Below, piece after piece: positions 46,114-59,742 of a DNA stretch of 64,000 nt (position 1 is its first letter; the number at the start of each line of letters is the position of its first letter). The notes beneath the pieces are model-generated. The model did not search any database. It was not told the origin of the DNA and worked only from the letters and a program-made list of their open reading frames with translations. The translations under genes were made by a program, and so were the position numbers. The stretch is from assembly GCA_024704765.1 (NCBI GenBank), contig JAKMXF010000188.1, positions 124,001 through 188,000 on the forward strand, given 5' to 3'. This stretch comes from Oopsacas minuta (Eukaryota > Animalia > Porifera).

Positions 46114-49100
46114 ATAAACATTGTGAAATGTATATTAAGTGAGTGTTAATAATATTCATTAGAATTGAGGGATGGAAACAGCTAGGCTTTAACAGTTAAG
46201 CTATCGCTAAATTATATTTCCATATACATATCTTTTTCATGGCCATAGGAGACGATCCGGTTGTTAAGGTTCATAGACCAACTTTTGTGGCTCCAATATT
46301 TTATAGGTCAACTTGACCAATTGAAAACTGGCTCTATGGCATGATCCATGATCTGTAAATATGGCTTACATCAATAATTTGGTTTAAAAGCTTAAATAAC
46401 TGCAAAATTAATTTGTCAATTGCTTGAACTATCGTAGCTGTTAACAGTTTTTTCACCATCCCTGGTTAGAAGCCTTGTTCAGATGGCTTATATGTGTCAC
46501 ACTCGTAACAAAGCTAATCCACGAACTGAAGGTGCTGGAGCTGTAACGCTAAGTACAAGTATTTTTACCACCACTACACATAATTACCCCATTACATAAA
46601 CCCCAACCCATTAAACCTCAAGTTTTGGTCATCAGACAGTTTTTACGGTTTATTGTAAAAATATAGAAACAAGTACTGATAATGATCTATAATGATAATA
46701 GTTATTGTGCCTTAATTATTATCCAAATTGACGGCCCCTTTGAGTATTATAATATAGATATATTTAGAACAATGTAATTCACAAATATACGTATATGGCA
46801 TACATGTTATTGAATTATGTTGTAAGATCAACCCCCTTTGTAGCCGTTGAGAGCAAGTATCTACGTAAATTTTAGCTAATTTGGTTACTTTATATTCATA
46901 AAAACAACAATAATTTACATATGATTAATCCAAAATTGTGAAAATCGGATTCAGCATGTTCGATATATTTAGTGAAGTTATATGAATTCTATTTACTTCC
47001 TTGATAAACACGATAAATACATAGTTATACGACAATTTCCAAAATTGCATACCGCAAATCCTTTCCTTGACAACGGACAAACAAATAGACAAACAGATTA
47101 TGTAAGTGCTGAGGATTCTGTCTAGTTTAATATTACCCCTTGCTTGGAATATTTTCTTGAATTATACTAATTATAATTACAATGTAGTGATATCTCAATA
47201 AGTATAATGATGTTTTGGGATATTAAGGAATGATTGCATTGCAATATAAGACTAATATATGTATGTAATTCAGTGTATTTTTACACTGAATTACATACAT
47301 TATATTAATGTCATACAAAACAAAATAAGCAAGAATTTGTAATGTCTATATATTTGTCCCTATTATAAATCACCAAATGTTATATCCATCAGTGTATTAA
47401 TCATATTAACGATTATTGTAAAGCAGATTAGAGGTTATTAAAATATACGCAAGTGTAACTAAGAAGGTAGCAGAGAGGAAAAACAAAACAAAATTCTTGT
47501 AAGAACCTGCTTATTAATATTATACAGTGACATCTCACTAGAATATTAGCATAATTATTGAAAGGTGAATTCTGCCTTTTGTATTATCATAGACTGTAAA
47601 CTAATTAACATTTAATGATATCATTCATACGTATTTACATAAATGAATCACACTGTTACAGTTTATTTATTAATAAACTGCTAACCTTATTCTCATGAGC
47701 AATATGTCTCATTAGCAACTTTTTTAGTAGACACAGAATGTATTTTTGTATTGTAAGAGTCGCATTAATTAACAAATGCGATTTTCTACAGGGAACTACT
47801 TTATATAATTATACATACCAAATATTTTCTGAAGAAGCGCCCAGGGCATATTCCTATCTCCCCAATATCAGTCACACAATTATTTGGAAATATAACCCGA
47901 GGTCCTTCACTTATTATATTCGATATTTATCCGTTTTAATCTATATTATTAAATTGCAAGTGTGTCTGTCTGTTAGTTAAGGTAAGGATTTATGGAATGT
48001 TGTATCGAATTCGAATTTCTCAATTCTGAGGTGTCGCAAAACTATGTATTTATCATGTATAGAAAGTAAACAGAATTCAATAAAACTTAACTAAACGTAT
48101 CGAATAAGCTGGAATCGATATTCACACTTTTGATTATTCTATTTAAATATATACTTTTGTTTTTATGAATATAAAGTAAACAAAATAATTGAAATATTGA
48201 AATAATAGTATAGACTTGCTCTTAACGGCTATGATGGGGTAATTAAGTAAGCTGATTCCGAATTTCGCTTTCAAGTTTCAATGTTCATATGTGTAAATAT
48301 TAGTTGCTGTTATTAATAATTCGAGGCACGAAGAGTCGACTTACATCCGAAAACTGGGTGTTTGCAAGCCGCGCAGCGCGAGCAAGCGAAGCGGCTTGTA
48401 TTTAGTAATACTGAATTACTGATATCTAAAAATAGATAAAATATTGTAAATGTGTTCACTACGAAGATAATACTATGAAAAAGTCCGAAAAACAGGTGTT
48501 TATTGTAAGTACTAGACTCAAAGGAATGTGAATTAGGAGTAAATTGCATAACTATTGGGTTTGATTAGCATTTGTGTGTAAGTAATTAACTACAATTTGT
48601 GTAGAATACAATAAATCTTGTTAAAATAAAATACCTGCATATTTGGACGTATAATAATATAATAATATAATAGTCTCGAACCTTCGATCCCATTATAATA
48701 TACACACAATCTGTTTTATCAAATAAATTTCATAGTCACGTGATCATCAATTTGTAGTCACAGCCTCAACGCGTAGATTTCTTGTATACAACTCAGCTTA
48801 CAATTAAAATATTATACACATGGTGGTAATTGTAGATTTGTGTCTACTAATATTTATATTGATCATATCATAAATACAAAGTATTCTATTGTATTTCCCA
48901 GCATACCAGTTGATCAGAGGATAAATAGGCATTACATTCTAGCTACCAATTGTACATATGGTATTATGGGAATAATTATGAGCTACAAAAATTATTAGAC
49001 TTAGAACAAACGAGATATAATTTCACAGAAATACAATGGAAACATGTTGGAGATTAAAGGTTAGGAGCTCAAGAATTTGTGGCATAGAAACACATCGTTA

Positions 49101-49303
49101 AATATACGTATCACGGTACAGCATATTCTAAAGATAACTTTACAGTGAAATTTGCCTAATTATGCTAGTTCATTTTCTTTTATATTAAGATAGAAATCTA
49201 AATTTGTACCACAAAGGATGTGATTATATCCCAGGTATTGACATCAAAACCATAACAAAAGGAATAATATTGAATTTGTCAATTGGTTAAAACAAGTTAG
49301 GTA

Positions 49304-49448
49304 CAGTGGCATACCAGGGCCAACATGAGGGTGCGGAATTACTGGATACCCATATTACAATTCTATTGGAAATATCATCTGGGACCAAATTAGGTCTGGT
49401 ATGGGCCGCATGCGTATGGGCATGTGCTACACCCTAGGTATGCCTCTG
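49304..49448. mobile_element. hAT-type MITE
   Basis: TIR CAGTGGCATACC / GGTATGCCTCTG; degenerate TSD GTTAGGTA/ATTAGGGA (6/8). Confidence 0.6.
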
Positions 49449-50890
49449 ATTAGGGAGTAAGACATTAGTTCATAGGGTACATGCTATACGTATCATATTT
49501 GAATCCTCTGATAAGGATCAACCACAATCCCACTTAATATAGATACACGATCGGTGATAGTAAGCTTATTTCCTTAGAAATACATATAATTCCAGATTAA
49601 GTAGTATACAGAATAAAATACTATATTTGATGGAATAATAGCTCGTAGAACTATTCAGTATATTAGGCTTCTATTACATCTTATGGGATATTGACCTTAT
49701 CTTGATCACATAAATTGACGGATTAGGTACAAACTTTCCTAGGAATCCTGACAGATAGATTGCCATACTATACTATGCTATGTGATCATATATCAATACA
49801 AGTTAGATTAGTACAGGTAAGTACAGTATGATCCGCTTCTTTATAGGGACATCGGGCAATCGGGTCAGTTGAGCAGAACAAACTATGCAAGTAGATAGGA
49901 CCAACACCTATATTCAAGTTAATCGGGAAAATGGTATGATTCTGAAGTAACCTAGCGCTGACGGAAACTATGTGTATTCAGAGGATACCATGATCAATGT
50001 GTGGTAACCTTTGGTGGAATTTTTAAAAGGGATAGAGTCACACTAGAATTGTCACCTATATATATAGCCTGATAAAATTATCAGATATATCAACCTGGAC
50101 ATCTTACGAGACAAGACTGTAAAGTGCTTCGTTGGGTAGCCTGATTGACAGGTGTAACTGTAGCTACAAGTATGAGATATTGGTATGACAGGATAGTGTA
50201 GAACTGAAGAGATAATAATTCGAGAATAATATAGTTATGAATTATATGTATCCATTACCTTGCAAAGTAATTCTTTAATGATTAGCGTGAAAAACTTGAT
50301 TAGTAAGAATATAACAAATAAACTATTTATTCACATTATTATATATAATCAAGAGAACATGGACATGACGTCATATGAACAGCCTATTAGCATAATAGCA
50401 TAACAACATAATGTAACATAGTTATGTCCTATCGAGTGACGATATGGCTCGAGTATATAACTAATATTAAGATTGATACGATACGTAGTAGTATAAGATC
50501 TGGACAGTAAACAACATTATTATCTTACTGAACTTTAGACTAGGCAGGGTAACTGAGAATGTAGGATATGAATATTATGTCCAACTAATTCATACCTTCA
50601 GTCCTGCTTTGTTCTTCACTCAGGTTGGTAAGTATGGAATAAATGCGTCTGAACACAAGTTTCAAAGGCAGTTAAATATCTCATAGATAGGTACCTATGC
50701 GGCATCATTGGACCATGGGAGCCGGATTAGTACCGCTTCAGATGGTTTAACTTTATTATAATATATTTACTATTTATGAGCATTAATTTTGCTAATATAG
50801 ATGCAGATGGAGGTAGGAGAGTGTTCCTGCTAATCAATATAATTAATACACGTGCATAATGATATTTAAGGTAATGTATAATGAAATCAC

Positions 50891-51327
50891 CTCTTAGAAC
50901 GTTCAGAGTTTCGTCTGAGAGAAGTAGTAGGCTCTTGAACTGTTCCGTTTGAAGTAGTGATGACGCCAAGAGAAGACAAGCCACCACTAGCATGTCTCTT
51001 CAGTTTCTTAGAGTATGAGTGAGAGGTTTTGGTAGGAGAATCATTGCGTATAATGTCAGAGGATGACCGCTTCAGATTCGGTCTCTTACCCGATATAATA
51101 GGAGGAGATTTGGGAGGTGATTGTCTGTGATTGTCTGTACGTGGGTTATGCGGAGAAGGAGATTTCTTCAGTGGGTACTGCTTGGTTGGTTTGGTTGCCC
51201 CCCTCTTATTACACAGGTTTATGTATAAATGGCGTGTAGAGTCATTAATCGGGCCGTGATCAATCCCGGCCTCTTTGAGGCGAGATTTCAACTCATCATC
51301 ACTAACTTTACTATCAATCATGGACAT
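50891..51327 (-). CDS. LEM-domain protein, first exon (downstream exons unresolved)
   Basis: VSDDELKSRLKEAGIDHGPINDSTRHLY is a LEM motif, followed by Ser/Pro/Lys-rich low complexity. Probable donor AG|GTGATT at 50890; otherwise the stop is at 50887. Confidence 0.75.
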
Positions 51328-52320
51328 TACGAGCTAGAGGGATACACTGTAAATCTCATTGGAATACATTTCTGCGAGGATAAGCATAAGCCTACACAAG
51401 TAATTGAATCAATGGCAGAATTAGAAATAGTTCAGTCTAGTAGTATACAAAAGCCATATTTGAATTTATAAGTAAATGTGAGTGGTTTATAACCAGTAAT
51501 ACCTGACTATCTACTTACTACAGTGAATTTCGTACCTAATGGCAGGTAAGATCCAGTAAGCCAGTTAGACAAGACTCACAGTTGTAAAAGTTGAAATAAG
51601 GAACAAGTCTTAACTCTCTTGTGTTGTATAACTGATTGAGTTTGTGGGAAACTGGGAATATATTATCAGGAACATAAGGTTCGAAGAAATTTGACTTACA
51701 AAAGATATTATTACATCACAATGAGCAAACCACATGACTGAATCATGAGAATCATGAAAACTTCCAGAATTCTATCGCAGATGTACGATTTAGTGTAAGT
51801 GCAGACAAGAAATCGTGAGACTCAAGACTGGTTTGACCTGAATTTTATGTAAACCTTACAAGTCATTTGGCCTATCAAAGAGTCAACTATGTTGCGTATA
51901 TAATATATTTCAAATATATTAACACCATAATCATTAGTTTGCTTTCGCAAGAATATACGATATCTAAATGCTACAATAACAGTAATAATATACTGTAATT
52001 CTTTCTACAGTAACCTAAAATGACCTGGTCTGACACTATCTATTGTGTAAAGACCTGCTGGCTTTGATCTGACTATGTGGGATCTTTTGGTAACACTCTA
52101 ATAGTACAATTAGCTAATACGAAATAATGCTCTGCATACAATATTGTAATTTATCCAATTGTATATTTCCCGATAAATTCCATAAGTATAAATTATTATA
52201 ATCCATAGTAAAGTATTACAATATTATTGACTAGTATTACGATTGTTCAATATAATGCTGTGTAAAGCTAAAAACAAAACCCACTATTCAGCAGTGAATA
52301 TCCGTAGCTATGCTACATAA

Positions 52321-53611
52321 CTATAGCACACGTCTGTTCCCAGTCTGGAATGCAGCCTTTCCCCCTTTCCTAGGATCACTAGCCCCCCACACTTCACCCC
52401 TGTTAGTCAGGATAGAATCCACTGTACTCTCAGCATCTCCAAAAATAATATTATCCATACGAGAGTATATGCTACGTAGTATATCGACAGCTAGTTCAGG
52501 GAAACCTGTCTCAAAGTTGAGTATCTGTGGGATTAGCTGATTATGTAGACGCTTAGCTTTGACAGCTTCATCAGGATACATACCAAACGATAGAGTATTG
52601 AGTAGAGCCTGTACTACAGCAGTAATAATATGAGACCCTCCGGATCCGCCTGACACAGCGTGTACGACATACTCCCTCCCCGTTGTACCCTTGTCTAGTA
52701 CAATGACTGGAGACATCGAGGACTGAGCTTGTTTAGTTGGAGCAATGAAGTTATGTGGACTAGGGGGCAGATTGAAGAAGTTATTAGTGTTTGGAGTAGA
52801 GAAGTCATCCATATCGTCATTAAGTATTATCCCGTATGTAGGCGTTATGAGAGCAGAACCGAAGTACAGATTAACACTAGTAGTGATAGACACAGCCATA
52901 CCATTAGAATCTAATACTGAAATGTGTGTAGTACCGTGATTGCTAGGTGATTGCTTAACATCTCCATAATGACTAACATTATACGTACTGTCTGTTATCT
53001 TAGCTAGTATTGCTCTACCTGTGTCCTCTTCCATTAGGTCGGCTACTAACTTAGTTAGATTCACATCGTGTACAAATAGAGGGTCACCGAATTGCATTCT
53101 CTCTGCATATGTGTACTTGAATGCTTCTATTATTCTGTGATAATCCCATCCTGTGGGGGTGGAGTTGAACAGCTGGTTGTTGAGTATGTTGAAACAGTAG
53201 AGAACTGCAGGACCTCCGGATGGTAGAGGGTGAGAAATCACCTTGTAACCCTTGTAATGAGTACTGATAACTGAACTAACAGATGTAGAATAACCTCCTA
53301 AGTCCTGCTTACTGATATTACCATTGTGTGCATTAACATAGCTAATTATCTCTTCAGCTATTGGTCCTGTATAAAATCCAGCAGATCCTTCTGTCTGTAT
53401 TATCCTGAGAGCTTTGGCAAGAGAGGGACGCTTCAGGATATCTCCTGCCTGTAACGGAGTGCCATCATCAGAACAGAATTCCTTTAGAAACACTGAATTA
53501 AATTCTAGTTCAGATTTACGATCCTTCAGGGCAGCTGCTAGATACGGTGATACTATTGTACCGTTCTCAGCTGCTGTGATTACTGGTTGGAATAGTTCAC
53601 TCCATGATAAT
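52321..53611 (-). CDS. GGT1: Gamma-glutamyltranspeptidase, exon 2
   Basis: Acceptor CAG| at 53612 (phase 2). LSWSELFQP, HRIIEAFKY, catalytic Thr in NHGTTHISVLD, ILNDDMDDFS, QSSMSP, GGSGGSHI, ASDPRKGG. The symbol denotes the family. Confidence 0.95.
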
Positions 53612-55243
53612 CTGTAGAGTAGATGCAAGCAGGATTGTATGGAAATAAATATTGGTTCAAAGGAAAATTTTAGTGTTCGTTTTCATTACGACAGGAAAAC
53701 TCCAACCGTAATCAGTTAATGGAGAAATGATGAATGGAAAAAATTATGGAAAAAATTATGGAATCTCATTCACTGACAAGTAACAAAACTTAATATTTGC
53801 TTAACTTTGTATGTCAGTGAATTTCAATGAACTTAGATCCTCTAATGAATTCAATTACATCAAATTGTATCCATGAGAAGTTTAGACTTCTTTGATAAAA
53901 GTTCCTTAAGGATATCGTCAAGGTTGCAACAGGAGAGTTCAATAGGGCTCAACCGAAGTATATTAGGCGAATAGTTCACCAATCAAATATCAGTATTCGG
54001 TATTCGGTTGTCTAATACCGAATATTATCAGTATTTAAGGTTAGGTTGCCATTCATGATACGATAGGTACGTTACTGTATTCAGTTCCAGCGGTTTCAAC
54101 CTTGGTTATGGTGTAATATAACTGAACCATGACGTCATCACACTTAACCTGTTCGTTCAATATTTCTGGAGTTAAATATATTACGTGATTTATCATAAAT
54201 TCCCTCCATTTAACTACCCAGCCTGGAATCATAGATAGTCTTTAGTAAAATCGCTAAGTATTATGCAAAATAAAGTTAATTAAGTACATTTTAACTTTTG
54301 TTAGTGAATAAGCCCGATAATCCACCCCCCTATGTCACGGTGTAGAATCTATAAATTTGGGTGACGCAAGGTAAATCCGCTCATATGTCGTCAGACTGAC
54401 TTCCCTAATTCACGGAACGGAACGAACAAGTTTTCTTGAAGAAATTTCAAATTTGTTTAGTGGTTGCACATTTGGCCTTGTAATCACATAATGTAATATT
54501 GTATCATGACGGTTGTCAAGCATTTGTTATAACTTTCACGTTGGTGATAATCAATTTTCTAAAATGTGTAACGAAATCTATAATATCTATTAATACCTCA
54601 TGATAGAGGCGGCTGGGTCTTCAAAATGGACAACGAACATCCAAAGTTTGAAGGGTCCCAGGGCCAGGAACGGATGCAAGGAGTGCACAGGGGTAGAGTT
54701 ATAAAAAAATACAATCTAAAATTCGTCCCGCTTTTTCCATAGTCCAGTCTAATGTAAATATGCTACGTCCCGCGATGTTCCGCTAAATTTGTACCCTCTG
54801 TCTCGCCATTTCTTTACTCAGTTGGCAAGTATGTAAATTGTAGATACGTGTCGTACTTCCGAAATACTCTATATGCAAATAATACTCAATGAAATTAAAG
54901 TGAATTGAAGCAATTCGCGTAAATTCCTATAATATGGAAGTGTGATTTGACAAATTTGGCGTGTCGAAATTTAGAGTAAATATATTTATGAGAATGGTGG
55001 AAATATTATCGATAACCATCGACGTGAAATGTCATAACAAATGCTTGACAAGTGTTATTCTATACTATTCTGTGATTTTCAAGGTTAATTATGTGTCAAG
55101 TGACAAATTTGAAATTTCTTCAGGTAATTGTCAGGTCTGTTCAGTGAATCAGGGAAGCCCTATATTTCACTCTCCTCTGCTTCATAACAATTACCTGCCT
55201 ACTGAGAATTCTTAAGAGAAATTGAAATTTGTTACAAACTCAC

Positions 55244-55776
55244 TTGCCATATTTGTTGTGTGCTGCTTCCATTCCGCTAATCTCTCCAGGTATAGCTACA
55301 GAGAGTCCTCCCTTCTGAGAGGCATCTGGCTTCCCAACAAACATGTTCTCACTGGCAGTGAGCGGTGCTTTCTCCCTGAAATTAAATGACGTCATATCAT
55401 CTGCATTCTTGAATACAACCATAAACCCTCCTCCTCCTATACCACTGTACATAGGACTATACAACCCCATACATAGCATTGTAACTATAGCAGCATCCAC
55501 TCCAGACCCTCCCTTCTTCAGGATAGAAACTCCCATCTCAGAACAGTCATATACATCACTCACAACTGTTCCTGTGTGTATCAGCTGAAAGTTGAGAACT
55601 ATTATGTTTACGATCATACTGATTGTCAGGGCAACAGAAAACACTACGAATGCGAGTGTTATAAAGAACAGACCATCGATATGTTTTCGCAGAGATTTTG
55701 GGAGGAAATTAGTGTAGTGACGAAACAACTTAGTGCCTTGCTGTCCACCTTCAAGCTTATAATACTTGTCACTCAT
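55244..55776 (-). CDS. GGT1: Gamma-glutamyltranspeptidase, exon 1 (type II signal anchor)
   Basis: TM helix, then CSEMGVSILKKGGSGVDAAI..SGIGGGGF..FREKAP..GGLSVAIPGE..AHNKYG. Donor AA|GTGAGT at 55243 (phase 2); spliced total 607 aa. Confidence 0.95.
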
Positions 55777-56055
55777 TATATCTAGAAATGATATGAGTAA
55801 AATAGTCTGCACAGTAAGAATGACATCCTGTATTAAAGAAAAAATACGTCAGTGAAATTATCACAGACAATAGCTAAATTAATCAGGTTCACAATGTCAA
55901 AAAGATATGGTTCGTTGGGAATTTGTGGAGATGTATTACCCTATATATTTTTGGATAGCTTATGACCTAATTACTTCGAAACCAATGTTGCCATTTTCGT
56001 AATCCAAAATTGTGACCACAAATGTTGCATAGCATTTTCGTATTACACCACTTAA

Positions 56056-56189
56056 CCGAATACTTCCGGGAAAATGTGTCGTTTTGTGAGGTCAAAAAGG
56101 CGTTGAAATCTCGATTTGGGTGCGGGAATTAGTTAAAACGCAGTGGGTGTTTCTTTTCGTTACTAACGTGACACTGCGGCCCTAATCGG
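56056..56189. mobile_element. TTAA-flanked (piggyBac-type) MITE, copy B
   Basis: TTAA at 56052-5 and 56190-3, CCGA termini. Inverted homolog of 22974-23093. Confidence 0.7.
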
Positions 56190-56679
56190 TTAAACTGCAC
56201 CCAGCGTGCACATATTTTGTCAATCCAATTAACCTGTCGATGTTCTTAATTAGCGTATATTTTCCCGTCGTGAAGTGGTTTGATAATAATTTCCCTAGCA
56301 ACGCAAGAATGCCACAGGCATGTGACTACATTTCATTCTAAAAATCTGTCCTAACCCTATCGAATGACCTCTCGTTCGATGCCGCTAGGCGAGCTGAGCT
56401 TAGTTATACACGTATCAACGCTCTATATTGTCATTTGCCTCGAGTGTGGAGATTTGACTAGGTCATACCTCATTTTATTGCTATCTCGATCTATCTTGAG
56501 TGGAGTCGCTTATGAAAAGAATTGTGCATTTTTAGGTTATGGGTAAATATTGGCAAAAAAATATGCCATCTATGATCACTACTATAACTCTCGATCAAAC
56601 GCGCAAACTTTATCATGAAAAATTTTGGACATTTATTGGCAACACGACTACAATTAACTACTTCCAATGTATTATCATA

Positions 56680-56926
56680 CCGTGAACTGGGGCTACTTTG
56701 GCCCACTGGGTTTGCTTTAGCCCAAATATCAAAGTTTCAAAGAAACTAGTTTAGATTCAGTATTATACTTGAAAATGACTTGCCAAATTTTTAAAGAATT
56801 TTCAAATATCTTTCAAATATCGGGAGACAATTTCGAATACAAATACAATATCTATTCGATACGTAAGCAAATTTCAATATTCGGGCTAAAGCAAACTCAG
56901 TGGGCCAAAGTAGCCCCAGTTTACGG
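56680..56926. mobile_element. Tc1/pogo-type MITE with 44-bp TIRs
   Basis: CCGT(G/A)AACTGGGGCTACTTTGGCCCACTG(G/A)GTTTGCTTTAGCCC at both ends (2 mismatches), TA flanks. Confidence 0.9.
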
Positions 56927-57285
56927 TATATAAAAGTCACTTGTCTTAAGAAATTATCAAGTTAACACACTCAAAATAGTAAATGGAATCCACACAATAC
57001 AACGAACGTCTGAACCTTTCCAAAGCTGAAATACCAAATCAAATTAAAGCCCGGAAAAGGTACAGAGCTAAAATGTATCAGCGTCAGAATAGGCGAAAAT
57101 ATTTTCGGAACTAATACTCTAGAGGAGGAGCGTGACCAGTTAACATTAGAACTGAGCATGCTGAGAGCTGAAGTAGAGGAGCTTTGGCAAAAAGAAATAG
57201 AACTATTACTAAATTTGTGATATATAATAATAAAAATCTCAAATCACCGTCTGTGCCGACTTAAATTCTGAGGTATGAAAACGTA

Positions 57286-57651
57286 CAGTGGACGTGTCCA
57301 TTAGGTGAACTGGATGTACATGTTCAAGACTACTGTCATTGGACATAGGAGATTCCCTCCATCCCGAGGTATTAAACAGTCGAGCGTGCATGCTCACAGA
57401 GTCACGTCATGATCGTAACGAATCCAAGAAATGGCAATTTCTCTTCAATTGTAGTGAGTATAAATTCACTGACAATATTGTCTCTATTTTAAGAAATTTC
57501 AAATTCAACTTCATGTAAAACTCCTTCTATCGCTACTCTAGATACTAAGCCTGCACACTCGACTTTTAATAACTCGGGCGGGGATCTTCTATGTCCAATG
57601 ACACTAGTCTTGAACACCTACAAGCAGTTGAGCTAATGGACATGTCTACTG
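57286..57651. mobile_element. pogo-type MITE with ~100-bp imperfect TIRs
   Basis: CAGT(G/A)GAC(G/A)TGTCCATTAG...GTTCAAGACTA.TGTCATTGGACATAG...GTCGAG mirrored at both ends, TA flanks. Confidence 0.85.
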
Positions 57652-57939
57652 TACTTTTTAATATATGTAAATTTTACCAATTGAATTTTAGAGGATTATT
57701 CAAACTAAATTATTCTACTAAATAGCTATTTTAGTAAAGAAAGATAAAATTGAATTTTAATAATCTTATTAGACATTTTTGAAATGTTAAAATCGTATTC
57801 TACATCCCTGTTTACTCCTATTTAAGAAACCAACATTTATATATACCCAATTTTATAGGTTTTGAACTGTCAACATATTTATCATAAATTTACTGCTCTT
57901 AATAGTGCACTTATAAACTTATAATATATTGGATATTTG

Positions 57940-59271
57940 ATGTCTACTCCAACTTCTCTGGCAATTCTAACCTCCTCCACACCAACTATGTGTCGTGCAG
58001 CTCGATCACGCCCTCCTGGCGGCATTATCCGATTCAAATGCTCCCAGAACAGTAGTACTATAATGGATGTACTACGAGCACAGAACTGGCAAGAAATCAA
58101 GGAGGAGGGGGAATGGGATTTCTACTGGGCTGATGTTCTGTGGGTGAGAGAACAGATGGATTATATTTATCTTGAAGAGCACGTGAAAATATGTCATTTT
58201 AGAAACCACTACGAGTTAACAAGAAAGAATCTAATGGCTCGTAATCTGAAGAGGCTTAGGAAGACTGTTGAGAAGAATTCAAAGGAGGAATCTAACAAGA
58301 TAGATTTCATACCGACAACCTTTGAGCTGCCGTCTGAGTATCATATATTTGTTGAGGAGTTCAAGAAGAACCCAGGATCAACTTGGATCATGAAACCTAT
58401 TGGTAAGTCTCAAGGCAAAGGTATATTTCTATTTAGAAAGCTGAAAGATATCACAGATTGGAAGAAGAGTAGTGTGTATGTAGCTTATAACCGAGATACA
58501 GAGGAGAAGGAACAGCCTGAGACTTATATTGTACAAAAGTATATTAATAATCCATTTCTTATTAATGGTAAGAAGTTTGACATCAGAATATACGTGCTGG
58601 TCATGTCATACAATCCACTCAAGGTTTGGATTTATCGGAGCGGGTTTGCTCGCTTTTCAAATTCTCGTTTCAGTCTGGATTCAATTCAAGATGCATTTGT
58701 ACATCTTACTAACGTAGCTATACAGAAAACTGCACCTGACTATGACCCGGAGAAAGGCTGTAAGTGGTCTCTCCAGGAGCTGAGGCGCTATCTCACAGCT
58801 AGGTACGGACAAGCACTGGTAGACTCTACCATGAGAGAGATAGATTTCGTTATTCTTAAGTCTCTTGAGAGTGTACAGAAGGTTATGATCAATGATAAGC
58901 ACTGCTTTGAAGTGTACGGATTTGATATTCTCTTTGATGACAAGTTTAAGCCTTGGCTCCTTGAGGTGAACGCTAGCCCCTCTCTATCAGCTAGCAGCCC
59001 TACAGACTACGAGCTGAAGTTTACGATGCTAGAAGATATGTTGTCTGTTATTGATATGAATAATAAACTGACTGGTAGAGAGATACGTGTAGGAGGGTTT
59101 GACTTGTTATGGAATGACGGACCTGTACATCGACCTGATATAAAACAATACATGCATACTCTACCTGCTTATCCTACCAATAGCTTCCTAGGGTGTCAGC
59201 ACAATGTGAGGTCTATAAAAATGGAGCAGACACTAGGTTGTTATACTGTGCTAGGAGAGGGTAGTAAGTAA
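57940..59271 (+). CDS. TTLL9: Tubulin polyglutamylase TTLL9
   Basis: IRFK...MDVLR...EEGEWDFYW...[12 protein letters not shown]...[16 protein letters not shown]...KFDIRIY...HLTNVAIQK...[11 protein letters not shown]...[14 protein letters not shown]. First ATG at 57940. Confidence 0.95.
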   Translation: MSTPTSLAILTSSTPTMCRAARSRPPGGIIRFKCSQNSSTIMDVLRAQNWQEIKEEGEWDFYWADVLWVREQMDYIYLEEHVKICHFRNHYELTRKNLMARNLKRLRKTVEKNSKEESNKIDFIPTTFELPSEYHIFVEEFKKNPGSTWIMKPIGKSQGKGIFLFRKLKDITDWKKSSVYVAYNRDTEEKEQPETYIVQKYINNPFLINGKKFDIRIYVLVMSYNPLKVWIYRSGFARFSNSRFSLDSIQDAFVHLTNVAIQKTAPDYDPEKGCKWSLQELRRYLTARYGQALVDSTMREIDFVILKSLESVQKVMINDKHCFEVYGFDILFDDKFKPWLLEVNASPSLSASSPTDYELKFTMLEDMLSVIDMNNKLTGREIRVGGFDLLWNDGPVHRPDIKQYMHTLPAYPTNSFLGCQHNVRSIKMEQTLGCYTVLGEGSK

Positions 59272-59742
59272 CGCTATCACTTATTATGTTCTTCTGATGT
59301 AAATCCAGTATTTAAGCATTTCTATGTTACTTGATGATTATAAATCTTAGAAACGTAACGTCCTAAAGATAGGCACAGCGAGGGGCTTGCCACGTAAAGA
59401 TAATACAAAATATGAATATGTGTGAATCCCCCCTTGGTTGGATCGTTCTAGCTAGAGAGTTCTCCATCCCCTTGCCAAATAATAGAATGTTATCATTCAT
59501 AGCATTTTGTAAAATAGAAATTTAAAAAACGGACACGTTGGTTGCAGATCTGTACGTGTTTGTATGTCCCATTGTGTATATACCGTAAACTTAGCTGATT
59601 TTTACTGCTTTCGTTTCAAACGGCGTTGTCAAGGAACGTAGATACTACTTAAAACGAGGATTCATGTATTATATTTCATATCAATCAATTTTGTGAGAAG
59701 TATCAGTAATGTTACATACACTGATGCTGAAAGATATATTAC

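Noticed and set aside
48880-49960. Plus-strand micro-exon gene (strong donors such as CAG|GTAAGT at ~49816)
   Set aside because: A few short open segments exist, but I could not build a stop-free, phase-consistent chain or find homology. Left as unsupported.
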